A stretch of 64,000 bases of DNA from Bacillota bacterium (GCA_050952625.1 JBMNLH010000004.1:192001-256000), one strand, 5' to 3'. Counted from the first letter of the stretch, positions 11,586 to 22,226 are shown. Notes: generated by a model not told the origin, from the letters alone. A program made the numbers and translations.

Positions 11586-11978
11586 ATGCAGGAAGTTTAT
11601 GAATTTCTCAAAAAATGCGGGGTATATTATTTGGCTACAGTCGAAGGAGATCAGCCAAGAGTTAGACCATTTGGTACAGTGGATATTTTTGAAGGAAAAC
11701 TATATATCCAGACGGGAAAGGTAAAGAAAGTATCTAAGCAGATCCAGGCAAATCCAAAAGTAGAGATCTGTGCTTATGCTGATGGAAAGTGGCTTAGAGT
11801 AACCGGTAAACTTATCAGAGATGACAGAGTAGAGGCCAAAAAACATATGCTAGATAATTATCCGGAACTTCAAGCTATGTATTCACCGGAAGATGATAAT
11901 ACAGAGGTTCTCTATTTTCAGGATGCAACAGCGACCTTCTATTCATTTACCGATGAGCCAAAGGTAATAAAATTTTAG
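11586..11978 (+). CDS. Pyridoxamine 5'-phosphate oxidase-like FMN-binding protein
   Basis: YYLATVEGDQPRVRPF, K.KQIQANPKVEIC. Confidence 0.88.
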   Translation: MQEVYEFLKKCGVYYLATVEGDQPRVRPFGTVDIFEGKLYIQTGKVKKVSKQIQANPKVEICAYADGKWLRVTGKLIRDDRVEAKKHMLDNYPELQAMYSPEDDNTEVLYFQDATATFYSFTDEPKVIKF

Positions 11979-12053
11979 TATAGTTTTTGCTTTAAGCATC
12001 TACTTTCGTAGGTGCTATTTTTATGCCTATTTTTAGGAGCGATGCCTATAACT

Positions 12054-12153
12054 CATGTTCATTATGTCACTCTAAATCTTTTCGATTTATGACAACAGGA
12101 AACTATTTCCATAAAATAGGCGTTTAGTGATATTGGTTTGAGATAGATTTCTT
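12054..12153 (-). mobile_element. Orphan end fragment of the IS1634-type element
   Basis: About 100 bp closely similar to 36923-37022 (CATGTTCAT...GGAAACTATTTCCA...GCGTTTAGTGATAT.GGTTTGAGATAGATTTCTT). Confidence 0.8.
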
Positions 12154-12284
12154 ATTGTTGATATGCTGAATGCAGATTATAGATAATATAAAAAGTAATA
12201 TTTAGTATGTACATACTAAAATATTAATGATATACTACTATTACCGGAAATGATTACACATTTGGATTAGGCAGGAGGAAAATC

Positions 12285-13868
12285 GTGAACCCATCAATAA
12301 ATATTTTTATTAATTCGTTTGCTGTGCGCGGTATTACCTCCCGAGAGCAATTATTGAACGAAATGCTACGCGTCAAACTTACGGCGCGAGCCGTGAAATC
12401 ACAGAAAAAATCTCTACAGGATGTAGCACAGCTTTTCGAATTAATGAAGCATTCTACCGAAAATACAATCCTGGGATACTTTCCGGGCGATAGGGATTTC
12501 TTTTCTTTTATATATAAGGTTGCACAAGAAATCAATCTTATTGAATTTACACTTAAGCTATACAAAAATGACCGTTTTGGACAGATATTCTCTCCAACTT
12601 ATTTGACGGAATATGTCTGTGGCCTGATAGATGATGCAGCATCGCAGTCAATACTTATTGCTGAAGCAGAAAAAGGCTTGTCGGGTCTTAAAAAATTGGT
12701 GGAGAAGCATCGGTCAAGCAATATAACCTTTACCACATCCAATATGCTTATGTTTATGCTTTTGCAGCTTGGATTTGAAGAATTTGAGAACGTAAGTATT
12801 CTTAATCAGTCGATATACCAGGAGCTACTTATTAACACCCGTTTTGACTTTATATATTCACTGCCTGATTTTGGCGGCAAGATTGAAGCCGTTAACCATA
12901 AATATATGTCCTCCAGACCGGATATTGTAGCAACACAGAATCTACTTGGGCATTTATCAGACAGGGGTACGCTGGTGACTGTGGTTCCTGCTAAGATTGC
13001 ATTTGCAAGTGGATCTGAAGCAAAGCTACGTGAGCATATCATAACTAATTATCAATTGGAGGGTATTTACAGTCTTCCTGAAGGCACTTTCAAGCCGTAC
13101 ACTGCCATAAAAACCTATATGCTTAAAATAGGTGTTGTAAAAAAGGATAATGTGAGCGTGGGATATTTCGGTTATGATAATGGTCTTTATGTCGATAAAG
13201 CGAAGATATTGGGGAGCAAAGATTTTGCTGCTCATGAGGATTGGCGAATTGAACTCATACTTGAAGATGATGATGAGAATATCAGAAAGTATAAGACATC
13301 AACTCTTGAAAGAGTTAAACTTCATGAAGTTGCAGAGGTTTTTAGGGGAAAATCAATCCTTAAAAAGGATGTTAAGCCTGGGAAAATCAAGGTGCTGAAT
13401 ATTTCAAACATTACTGATACCGGCATTGATTATTCCAATATGGACAGTATTGACGAAGAGGAACGAAAAATTAAAAGATATGAACTGATAGATGGAGACA
13501 TTGTCTTATCTTGCAGGGGATCAGCAATTAAAACGGGTGTATACCGTAAACAAAAAAGTATCGTTATCGCCTCGGCCAATCTTATCGTTATCAGACCCAA
13601 TAACAGGATCTTAAGCGATTATCTTAAAATATTCTTAGAGAGTCCTGTCGGAATAGCACTTATAAAAAGCTTCCAACGGGGGACAACCATTGTAAATATA
13701 AATCATACTGACATTATGGAAATGGAAATACCGCTGTTAAGTATCGAGGAGCAGACAGAGCTGGCGGCAAAGTATGCAAGAGAAAATGCGTTATATCAAG
13801 AGACTGTGGCCAGAGCTGAGAAACGTTATTTGGAAGAGAAGGAGAAAATTTATAATCAATTAGTGTAA
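12285..13868 (+). CDS. Type I R-M associated protein: degenerate N6-MTase-like domain fused to one specificity (TRD) domain
   Basis: FDFIYSLPDFG at the NPPF position, LPEGTFKPYTAIKTY; C-terminal VKLHEVAEVFRG, GDIVLS, IPLLSIEEQ. Confidence 0.75.
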   Translation: MNPSINIFINSFAVRGITSREQLLNEMLRVKLTARAVKSQKKSLQDVAQLFELMKHSTENTILGYFPGDRDFFSFIYKVAQEINLIEFTLKLYKNDRFGQIFSPTYLTEYVCGLIDDAASQSILIAEAEKGLSGLKKLVEKHRSSNITFTTSNMLMFMLLQLGFEEFENVSILNQSIYQELLINTRFDFIYSLPDFGGKIEAVNHKYMSSRPDIVATQNLLGHLSDRGTLVTVVPAKIAFASGSEAKLREHIITNYQLEGIYSLPEGTFKPYTAIKTYMLKIGVVKKDNVSVGYFGYDNGLYVDKAKILGSKDFAAHEDWRIELILEDDDENIRKYKTSTLERVKLHEVAEVFRGKSILKKDVKPGKIKVLNISNITDTGIDYSNMDSIDEEERKIKRYELIDGDIVLSCRGSAIKTGVYRKQKSIVIASANLIVIRPNNRILSDYLKIFLESPVGIALIKSFQRGTTIVNINHTDIMEMEIPLLSIEEQTELAAKYARENALYQETVARAEKRYLEEKEKIYNQLV

Positions 13869-13883
13869 GGAGGATAAATAAAA

Positions 13884-14510
13884 ATGGCAACGGTGAATTT
13901 GGGGTTTGAAAACAATCTATGGGAGATGGCGGATAAACTGCGCGGTAACATTAAGGCTTCGGAGTACAAGCATGTAGTATTGGGACTAATTTTCCTTAAG
14001 TACATCTCCGATGCTTTTGAGGAGAGATATAACGAGCTAGTTGCAGAGGGCGAAGGGTTTGAGGAAGATATAGATGCTTATACAGAAGAGAATGTTTTTT
14101 TCGTACCGAAGGAAGCCCGTTGGGAATATATAAAAGCAAATGCCAAACAGCCTACTATCGGACAGATTATTGACGAAGCGATGATAGCTATTGAGAAGGA
14201 AAATGCTTCCCTTAAAGGCGTACTGCCGAAAAACTATGCCCGGCCGGAAATAGACAAAACAAAGCTTGGCGAGCTTATAGACTTGTTTTCCTTTAAGGTT
14301 GGCGATAAGGAGGCAAGAGCAAAAGATGTCCTCGGCAGGGTTTATGAATACTTCCTTGGAAAGTTTGGTTCGTCGGAAGGAGAATTTTACACTCCACCAT
14401 CTATTGTAAAGCTGCTTGTTGAAATGATTGAGCCGTATAAAGGCAGGGTATATGATATAATCACTACGAAAACGATACAATTTAATTACCCTATTTTGAA
14501 GGCTTCCTAA
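13884..14510 (+). pseudogene. hsdM: Type I R-M methyltransferase, truncated after GRVYD
   Basis: [37 protein letters not shown]; the expected YDPxCG motif is replaced by IITTK... Confidence 0.9.
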
Positions 14511-14745
14511 GGGGGTTAAGGTTCAAAAAAGGGGGTTTAATTTTGCCCATGTGGCAAACCCAAGAATGCCAGCACAGGGAATATACCTGCGCTGGCTTTT
14601 CGTTGAAGCAAAACCTATGTATACAAAAAACAACTTGATGTTGTCGTTGGGCTTTCATAATATAGAATAAAATTTATAATTTGATGTAATATTTGGCTTT
14701 CAAACAGTAGTACACGGGTGAGGCGGAAAGGAAGGTGATGTAATA

Positions 14746-15303
14746 TTGCTCGATAATGAAATTGTTAACTTATTCTATGAGCGCTCAGAGCAGGCAATTA
14801 TGGAATTATCAAACAAATATGGCTCTGTATGCAGAAAAGTCGCCAAAAATATTTTGAACAACGATCTTGACGCAGAAGAATGTGTTAACGACGCCTTTTT
14901 AGGAGCATGGAATACGATACCGCCTCAAAAACCAGATCCTTTGCTAACATATATTTGCCGTATTGTCCGAAACATCTCTATTAAAAAGTATCATGCGAAC
15001 ACTGCTCTTAAGAGAAATAGTTTTTATGATGCTGCATTAGATGAGTTGGAGGATTGCCTTGCGTCGCCGGTCAATGTAGAAAAAGAATTAGCCGCAAAGG
15101 AATTAACGCTCCTATTAGATAGTTTCCTTGATACTTTAGATAAAGAAAATCGCATGATGTTCGTGCGCCGCTATTGGTACTCAGATTCCATATCCGATAT
15201 TGCGGCAAGGTTTCAGATCAGTAGCAACAATGTTACTGTCCGTCTTTTCCGAACTCGGGAGAAATTGCAAATTTATTTACGAAAGGCAGGTTTTATATTA
15301 TGA
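14746..15303 (+). CDS. ECF-type RNA polymerase sigma factor
   Basis: DAEECVND..L.AWNTIPP; region 4 SISDIA...NVTVRLFRTREKL. Confidence 0.92.
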   Translation: MLDNEIVNLFYERSEQAIMELSNKYGSVCRKVAKNILNNDLDAEECVNDAFLGAWNTIPPQKPDPLLTYICRIVRNISIKKYHANTALKRNSFYDAALDELEDCLASPVNVEKELAAKELTLLLDSFLDTLDKENRMMFVRRYWYSDSISDIAARFQISSNNVTVRLFRTREKLQIYLRKAGFIL

Positions 15304-16337
15304 AACGTGAAGATATTTCACATGCCGTCGGGAATATTAGCACCCGGCATATCCAGGAAGCGGAGAGTTTTTCGTCGCAAAATATTTCTTTTGTACACAA
15401 ACGGTTTTCCGCAAAAAGGATAGCGGCTTTGGTTGCTTCTGTTGCGCTTATTTTTACTCTTGCAGTACCTGCACTGGCGGCCGCAGATGTGCAAGCAGCG
15501 TATGAAATTCTGTATACAATATCTCCTAAAATTGCACAGGAACTCAAGCCTGTTAGAATGTCTAGCGAAGATAACGGTATTAAGATGGAAGTCATTTCCG
15601 CTTATATCAACGGTGATAAAGCCCATATATACATTTCTATGCAAGACATGACCAGCGAACGAATTGATGAAACAACCGACCTGTTTGACAGCTACAGTAT
15701 CAATCGACCTTTTTCCAGTAGCGCAACCTGTGAGAGGATAAGCTATGATGAAGAGAGCAATACAGCAACTTTTATGATTAGCATCACACAATGGGGGGAA
15801 AAAGAAATTGGCGGGGAGAAAATTACGTTTACAGTTGATAAATTTCTTAGCAACAAGCAGGAATACCATGATAAAATCCGGCAGATTGATTTAAGCAAAG
15901 TAAACCTCTCTCCGCAGACGCAGACCGATGTGAATATGAGAGGTGGGAGTTTTAGTGGCGATATCAGCGAAAAGCCGGAATACACTCACTATTTAACAGC
16001 AACTTCCGAAGGATCTTTTTCTCCTATTAACGGTGTCACTGTTACGGGTGTTGGCTTCATTGCTGGAAAACTCCACATTCAGGCCTATTATGAGAACATT
16101 CATGAAACTGACAATCATGGTTATGTCTATTTAGTGAACGCTGCCGGTGACGAAATTAGAAGCGAAGCCTCTGTTTCTTTTTGGGATTCAGAACGGAGCG
16201 GAAGCTATGAGGAGTATATTTTTGATGTTACGCCAAGTGAAATCAATAACTACGAACTCTACGGTCATTTCTGGACATGCAACTCTTTATCAAATGGAGA
16301 TTGGCAAGTAACATTCCCTCTTGAATACGAAGAATAG
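15300..16337 (+). CDS. Membrane-anchored anti-sigma factor (DUF4179-like)
   Basis: Overlaps the sigma stop codon; short cytoplasmic N-terminus, one TM helix, extracellular domain. Confidence 0.75.
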   Translation: MKREDISHAVGNISTRHIQEAESFSSQNISFVHKRFSAKRIAALVASVALIFTLAVPALAAADVQAAYEILYTISPKIAQELKPVRMSSEDNGIKMEVISAYINGDKAHIYISMQDMTSERIDETTDLFDSYSINRPFSSSATCERISYDEESNTATFMISITQWGEKEIGGEKITFTVDKFLSNKQEYHDKIRQIDLSKVNLSPQTQTDVNMRGGSFSGDISEKPEYTHYLTATSEGSFSPINGVTVTGVGFIAGKLHIQAYYENIHETDNHGYVYLVNAAGDEIRSEASVSFWDSERSGSYEEYIFDVTPSEINNYELYGHFWTCNSLSNGDWQVTFPLEYEE

Positions 16338-16414
16338 GTTATAATTTTCTGTAAAAGAAATACTCCTCACCGTTGATTAAATGTCAGCGATGGGGAGTTT
16401 TGCTTTCGAAGGCC

Positions 16415-16549
16415 TTATGCCTGAATTTCATTGCCGTCCTTAAAGGTGAACCGTACATCGTCTTTATCATAAACAGTAGCGTAGTCCACAAGGCTGCACC
16501 ACAGCTTTTCATCAAATTCGGTAAGTAGGTTATCTTGTTTGTTTAAAAT
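16415..16549 (-). pseudogene. C-terminal scrap of a large serine recombinase
   Basis: Minus strand reads ILNKQDNLLTEFDEKLWCSLVDYATVYDKDDVRFTFKDGNEIQA*. Confidence 0.7.
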
Positions 16550-16617
16550 CCTTGCTTATTAGTTAGTCTGAGCAGAAAGCTAGGCTGAAGTATGTGTGAA
16601 AGTGAGAATCGACAGTT

Positions 16618-16732
16618 TTTATCTGAGTTCAAAAGACCCTGCTCCTACAAGTCGGGGTTACCTTGTTCAAACTTCAGGTGGAGTAAAGTCTCCACCTGAA
16701 GCCCCGATGTTCAGTGAAGCTGAACGAGTTAC
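16618..16732 (+). mobile_element. IS200/IS605-like miniature element, copy B
   Basis: TTTAT-CTGAGTTCAAAAGACCC...CTTCAGGTGGAG...CTCCACCTGAAG...GTTCAGTGAAGCTGAACGAGTT. Confidence 0.8.
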
Positions 16733-16740
16733 GATTTTTA

Positions 16741-18435
16741 TTATAATCTACCGGTCGCAATAATCGGCCCGGCTGGTTCAACAGTATTTCCTCTTCTTTC
16801 CGCGGAAATAATTACCCCATCATAGTCTCTCAGCTGGTTGTCTACGGTTCCACGGTATACCCAGACATCTTGCGGAGTTTTATATAACGTATGAACCGAG
16901 TACCGGTCCCGATGCCGCAGCCATACTTTATAGGTGTCATATTCATGGCCGAGTTGGTTTGGATCCGGCACCCGATCCAAATGGACTAGGATACAATTAC
17001 GGTTGTAGTCCAGGAGGATGTAGGCCATCGCTCTCGGTACCCGATTGGTAGTCCTCAAAACCAAAGCCCTTTTTTGTCGATCAGCCACTGGATACGGTTC
17101 ATAAGCCAGGATTTCTTCGGCGAAACCATTCTCTACCCCTTCAGTAATCTCTTCTTCGAGTATTTCTTCCGCAGGAATTTCTTCTTCTGGTACCTCCGGT
17201 GTCAATGTGGGTCTCGGTCTTGGTGTTGGCCTAGGTCTCGGTGTCGGTCTCGGTCTAGGCGTTGGTCTGGGTCTTGGTGTTGGCGTAGGAATCGGAATGG
17301 TAATATCACAAGTTACCCCCGGGATAGCGAGTCTTTGACCGATAGCGAGTGTGTAAGGAGCTGAGATTTCATTAACCCGGGCAATATCCCGCCAGTCAAA
17401 ACCATAGAGCTCACCGATACTATATAGGGTTTGCCCCCGGGTGACAGTGTGGACCTTAATTGGCAGCACTACTTGATCGCCGGGATAGATTGTATACGGT
17501 GGTTCGATGTCCGGATTAGCCTCAAGCACTGATTGTAATGGAATCCGGAACTTGTTAGCGATCGAGGACAGGGTATCACCAACTCTGACTGTATAGAGCC
17601 AACCACAATCTGGTGGCAGCGGCGGTGGTATGGTCGGGGTTGGCGTTGGGGTCGGTGTTGGGATAGTAATGTCACAGGTTACCCCCGGGATAGCCAGCCT
17701 TTGACCGACGTAAATCGTATATGGGGGTGAAATTCCATTAACGCGAGCAATATCCCGCCAGTCAAAACCGTAAAGCTCACCAATACTGTAGAGGGTTTGG
17801 CCCCTGGTAACCGTGTGGACCTCGACCGGGATGAGTATCCGTTCTCCAGGATAGATCAAATATGGCGGAGGGATATTGGGATTAGCCTCAATTACTGCTT
17901 GGACCGGAATTTGGAAGTTTCGGGCGATTATGGCTAGGGTATCGCCTGATCTTACGGTATAGAGCCAACCGCAATCCGGCGGCAGCGGTGGTGGTATGGT
18001 CGGGGTTGGCGTCGGGGTTGGCACGGTTATGTCACAAAATACCCCAGGGATGGCCAGTCTTTGCCCTGGATAAATAGTATAGGGAGCCCGAAGCCCGTTA
18101 ACCCGGGCGATATCCCGCCAATCTACGCCATAGGAATTGCCGATAGCGGATAGGGATTGTCCTTGGAGAACGGTATGCACTCTAATCGGTATGACCAGCC
18201 TTTGTCCAGGAGTAAGGGCATAGGGTGGTCTTAAATCCGGATTAGCATTGATTATTTCTCGGACTCGAATCTGCAAGTCACGGGCAATCGAAGCTAGGGT
18301 ATCTCTGGCCGTGACCGTATAAACCCAGCCACAATCTGATGGAAGTGGTGGTATTCGTTGTTGAATTTGCGCTGAATTGTATTTCTCAGGACTCTTTTGC
18401 CTGTACACAGGATCACTCTCCTTATTAAGAATCAA
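16741..18435 (-). CDS. Multi-LysM protein (three tandem double-LysM modules, Pro/Thr/Arg linker, acidic stretch); start uncertain
   Basis: Repeated YTVRxGDTL..IA / HTVTRGQTLYSIG...N...PY.IY.GQRL.IP; (PTPRPR)n. Confidence 0.9.
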   Translation of the reverse strand: MILNKESDPVYRQKSPEKYNSAQIQQRIPPLPSDCGWVYTVTARDTLASIARDLQIRVREIINANPDLRPPYALTPGQRLVIPIRVHTVLQGQSLSAIGNSYGVDWRDIARVNGLRAPYTIYPGQRLAIPGVFCDITVPTPTPTPTIPPPLPPDCGWLYTVRSGDTLAIIARNFQIPVQAVIEANPNIPPPYLIYPGERILIPVEVHTVTRGQTLYSIGELYGFDWRDIARVNGISPPYTIYVGQRLAIPGVTCDITIPTPTPTPTPTIPPPLPPDCGWLYTVRVGDTLSSIANKFRIPLQSVLEANPDIEPPYTIYPGDQVVLPIKVHTVTRGQTLYSIGELYGFDWRDIARVNEISAPYTLAIGQRLAIPGVTCDITIPIPTPTPRPRPTPRPRPTPRPRPTPRPRPTLTPEVPEEEIPAEEILEEEITEGVENGFAEEILAYEPYPVADRQKRALVLRTTNRVPRAMAYILLDYNRNCILVHLDRVPDPNQLGHEYDTYKVWLRHRDRYSVHTLYKTPQDVWVYRGTVDNQLRDYDGVIISAERRGNTVEPAGPIIATGRL

Positions 18436-18574
18436 TTGTTAACTTCATTAACAGATTGTAAATCCAAAGTTGCCTGCTACTTATATTCAAACTCATTATA
18501 TGGAGCAACTACTTGGACTGTGCCTATCCAAAGCCTACTTGCCTGATTTTTCAGCCATTTCCGGTTTAATAAAA

Positions 18575-18690
18575 GTGAACTCGTTCAGCTTCGCTGAACA
18601 TTGAGGCTTCAGATGGAGACTCTACTCCCCTAAAGTTTAAACAAGGTAACCCTCGCTTATAGAAGGAGGGAGTCTTTTGCTTCAGATAAA
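18575..18690 (-). mobile_element. IS200/IS605-like miniature element, copy C
   Basis: GTGAACTCGTTCAGCTTCGCTGAAC...GTCTTTTGCTTCAGATAAA. Confidence 0.8.
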
Positions 18691-18794
18691 GGAATCGAAT
18701 CAACAATGTCGAAGAAAAAGGGAGACCAGGAAGATATAAGACGGAGATGGAAATTTCGGATTCGGGTTAAAGATAATGGACAGGAGAAGTCAGG

Positions 18795-19289
18795 GTGGCA
18801 GAAAATAATTTGATCTTAGGAATTGATCCAGGGCTGGCGGATACCGGGTACGCTATAGTCAATGGGTCAGGGAGATTGCCGTTTTTACTGGAAGGTGGGC
18901 TAATTCGGACAAATCGAAAGGTCCCGCTAAACTTTCGACTCAAGGAAATCTATGATGAACTGGTTTCTGTGATCCAGGCAAAGGCTCCGACCATTGTGGC
19001 CATGGAAGATTTATTTACGGACTACCGTAACCCGAGTACGGCCATCCTGATGGGGCATGCTCGGGGAGTTTGCCTTTTAGCAGCAGCTAATTGTGGATTA
19101 GCGGTTATGAGTTATAGCCCGGCCCGGGTTAAGAAATCATTGACCGGCAATGGTCGGGCTAGCAAAGAACAGGTCAAGGCGATGATCCGGGTTACCTTGG
19201 GCCTGCGGGAAGAACCAAGTTCTGAGCATGTGGCCGATGCCATTGCGGTTGCCTTATGTCATTTACGAGAACTAAGTGCTAGAGATTAG
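18795..19289 (+). CDS. ruvC: Holliday junction resolvase
   Basis: ILGIDPG, E..F, GHARGV, VKKSLTGNGRASKEQV, ADAIAVALCH. Confidence 0.96.
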   Translation: MAENNLILGIDPGLADTGYAIVNGSGRLPFLLEGGLIRTNRKVPLNFRLKEIYDELVSVIQAKAPTIVAMEDLFTDYRNPSTAILMGHARGVCLLAAANCGLAVMSYSPARVKKSLTGNGRASKEQVKAMIRVTLGLREEPSSEHVADAIAVALCHLRELSARD

Positions 19290-19300
19290 AGGGTTGAAAA

Positions 19301-20029
19301 GTGATTGCTAAAATTTATGGAACAATAGATGGGTTCAGTCATCGGGGGATTTATCTTCGGGTGGGTGGCTTGGTCTATGAGGTCTGCCTGACCGCTGCCG
19401 AAAGGCGGGCGATGGAGCACTATCCAATCGGCGAAGAGATTTCCTTGCATACTCTTTATTTTATGGAGGGCGGCGTCAGCGGGGGAAATCATACACCCTT
19501 GCTGGTCGGGTTTCAAAATCCGCAGCACCGGGAATTTTTTGAACTGCTGATTCGGGTAGAAGGAATTGGGGTGGGGAGTGCCTTGAAGATGTTGACGGCT
19601 CCAATTCCTCTAGTTGCGCAAGCGATTGAAGAGAATAACCTGACTTTTTTATGCACCTTAAAACATGTGGGGGAGAGGACCGCCCGGAAAATTGTCGCCA
19701 GTCTGATGGGTAAAGTAAAGATCTACGCCCAGCCCGTGGTCGAATCAATGGAGGTCCCCAGAGAAGGTGAAACCGCAAAGACAGGGCCTGTTAAGCTGAC
19801 CGGGGATCCTGAGACTCCAGCAGCCAATTCGATTAATCCGACTTCACCGGGACAGGTCCAGGAGCAGTTGCGGTCTCAGGCAACGGAAATTCTGGAGCAG
19901 TTAGGTTATTCTAATAGTGAAGTCAAAAAGATGTTAAACCAGGTTTTTGAGAAACGGTCAGATTTCACGAGGGTTGAGGAGATTCTGGCGGAAATTTATC
20001 GCAAACAGGAAAAACCGATTATAAAGTAG
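19301..20029 (+). CDS. ruvA: Holliday junction DNA-binding subunit
   Basis: MIA.I.G, FFELLIRVEGIG HhH motif, VGERTARKI, LEQLGY; located between ruvC and ruvB. Confidence 0.93.
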   Translation: MIAKIYGTIDGFSHRGIYLRVGGLVYEVCLTAAERRAMEHYPIGEEISLHTLYFMEGGVSGGNHTPLLVGFQNPQHREFFELLIRVEGIGVGSALKMLTAPIPLVAQAIEENNLTFLCTLKHVGERTARKIVASLMGKVKIYAQPVVESMEVPREGETAKTGPVKLTGDPETPAANSINPTSPGQVQEQLRSQATEILEQLGYSNSEVKKMLNQVFEKRSDFTRVEEILAEIYRKQEKPIIK

Positions 20030-20161
20030 CCAGAAACAAGTTGACTTACCTCAGTCATCCTGAGTGTTGCGGCCGGCAGCCATGGGCGGTAGTAAGATGA
20101 AAAAGAAGAAAAAGGCTAGCAAGCAATATTATTTAGAAAAATTAAACGGGGGTGAAGAGGG

Positions 20162-21151
20162 GTGCCCCGATTAACGCTGTTAGATGGTCAGGAACAGATC
20201 GAGGATTTGCTGCAAGCCGGACTGCGACCAGTTCGCTTAGAGGACTATATTGGGCAGCCAGCCCTAAAGAAGCGGTTGGGGATCGCTTTAAAGGCAGCTC
20301 GGAAACGGGGGGAGCCCTTGGAGCATTTACTTTTGTACGGTCCTCCTGGACTGGGCAAGACCACGTTGGCCCACATTATCAGTCGCGAAATGGGAGGGAA
20401 TCTGGTTACTTCGTCCGGTCCAGCCATTGAACGGAGCGGAGATTTGATGGGGATCTTGACCAATTTGCAGGCCGGGGATATTCTGTTTATTGACGAGATT
20501 CACCGTTTGCCCCGTCCGGTGGAAGAATTTCTGTACTCCGCGATGGAGGACTTTCAAATAGATTTTGTGGTTGACAAGGGCGTCTTCGCTAAAACCGTCA
20601 AGATCACCTTAAAACCTTTTACTCTGGTTGGGGCAACGACCCGAGCTGGCTTGGTTTCCGCCCCTATGCGGGAGCGATTTGGCTTATTATATCACCTCGA
20701 TTTTTATCCAGTTGAGGATTTGCAAGAAATCGTCCTGCGCTCCAGTAGTATTCTGGGGGTCTCAATTGATCCCCTGGCCGCCAGGGAAGTAGCCAGCCGC
20801 TCTAGAGGTACCCCGCGGATTGCCAATCGATTGCTGAAAAGGGTTCGAGATTATGCCGAGGTAATGGGTGATGGTTTTATTAATCGAGAAATTGCGTCAA
20901 AGAGCCTTGTTTTAGAAGGAATTGATCCAGTTGGTTTGGATGAATTGGATCTCAGTTTTTTAAAAACCATTATCCAGATTTATAAAGGTGGGCCGGTGGG
21001 CATTGAAGCCCTAGCTGCCACGCTTAATGAAGAGGTGGATACTTTACAGGATGTAGTGGAACCTTATTTATTAAAATCAGGTTTTATTATTCGGACTCCC
21101 AGCGGCCGGAAAATCACTGAATTGGGACTGGCCCATCTTGGGTTAACCTAA
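20162..21151 (+). CDS. ruvB: Holliday junction branch-migration ATPase
   Basis: LRP..L.DYIGQ, GPPGLGKTT, FIDEIHR, GATTR, RGTPRIANRLL. Confidence 0.98.
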   Translation: MPRLTLLDGQEQIEDLLQAGLRPVRLEDYIGQPALKKRLGIALKAARKRGEPLEHLLLYGPPGLGKTTLAHIISREMGGNLVTSSGPAIERSGDLMGILTNLQAGDILFIDEIHRLPRPVEEFLYSAMEDFQIDFVVDKGVFAKTVKITLKPFTLVGATTRAGLVSAPMRERFGLLYHLDFYPVEDLQEIVLRSSSILGVSIDPLAAREVASRSRGTPRIANRLLKRVRDYAEVMGDGFINREIASKSLVLEGIDPVGLDELDLSFLKTIIQIYKGGPVGIEALAATLNEEVDTLQDVVEPYLLKSGFIIRTPSGRKITELGLAHLGLT

Positions 21152-21267
21152 GGGGAACTGTATGCAGGACTGATGGAGCTTGTGTTTACCAGTTGAATGT
21201 AGTAGAATTTAAGCGCAAATTTACAATTAAATCGCGGGTATGATAGAACCCAGGGGGGAGAATCTAA

Positions 21268-22152
21268 ATGGTAGAAAAAGGGACTTGGACGGTCAAAAAG
21301 GGTTTGGCCGAGATGCTTAAGGGTGGAGTGATTATGGATGTCACTACCCCAGAACAAGCCAAAATTGCCGAGGAGGCCGGAGCCTGTTCAGTAATGGCAC
21401 TGGAGCGGGTTCCAGCGGACATCAGGGCAGCCGGGGGAGTAGCCCGGATGGCTGACCCTACAGTTATTCTGCGGATAATGGAGGCTGTAACCATCCCGGT
21501 TATGGCGAAAGCCAGAATAGGTCATTTTGTAGAAGCGCAAATCCTCGAGGCCCTGGGGGTTGACTATATCGACGAGAGCGAAGTCTTAACCCCGGCGGAT
21601 GAAAACTACCACATCAATAAGCATGCCTTTAAGGTACCGTTTGTGTGTGGTGCGAAAAACTTAGGCGAAGCATTGCGGCGAATTGGGGAAGGGGCCGCGA
21701 TGATCCGCACGAAAGGCGAACCGGGCACCGGCAACGTGGTGGAGGCCGTGCGGCATATGCGGGCCGTAATGGGGGAAATTCGTTGGTTGCAAAACCTTCC
21801 GGAAGAAGAACTAATGACCGCTGCTAAGAATATGGCTGCTCCCTACGATTTGGTGGTGCAGGTGGCGAAAGCCGGCAAACTGCCAGTGGTTAACTTTGCC
21901 GCTGGAGGCATTGCCACCCCGGCGGATGCGGCTTTGATGATGCAGTTAGGTTCGGATGGCGTGTTTGTCGGCTCCGGGATTTTCAAATCGAAGGATCCGG
22001 TGGCTCGGGCCAAAGCAATCGTCGCGGCGACGACTCACTATAATGATCCCATAATTTTAGCGGAAATTTCCCGTGACCTGGGCGAAGCCATGCCTGGACT
22101 CGAGATCAGCACCTTGGGACCGTCCGATCGCATGCAGGAGCGCGGCTGGTAG
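21268..22152 (+). CDS. pdxS: Pyridoxal 5'-phosphate synthase, lyase subunit
   Basis: [41 protein letters not shown]. Confidence 0.98.
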   Translation: MVEKGTWTVKKGLAEMLKGGVIMDVTTPEQAKIAEEAGACSVMALERVPADIRAAGGVARMADPTVILRIMEAVTIPVMAKARIGHFVEAQILEALGVDYIDESEVLTPADENYHINKHAFKVPFVCGAKNLGEALRRIGEGAAMIRTKGEPGTGNVVEAVRHMRAVMGEIRWLQNLPEEELMTAAKNMAAPYDLVVQVAKAGKLPVVNFAAGGIATPADAALMMQLGSDGVFVGSGIFKSKDPVARAKAIVAATTHYNDPIILAEISRDLGEAMPGLEISTLGPSDRMQERGW

Positions 22153-22226
22153 GGTATAAGAGTAGGGTATAAGATATGCCTGTTTTGGTATTTATAGTGA
22201 ATTTGGTTAGGGAAGGTTAGGGAAAA

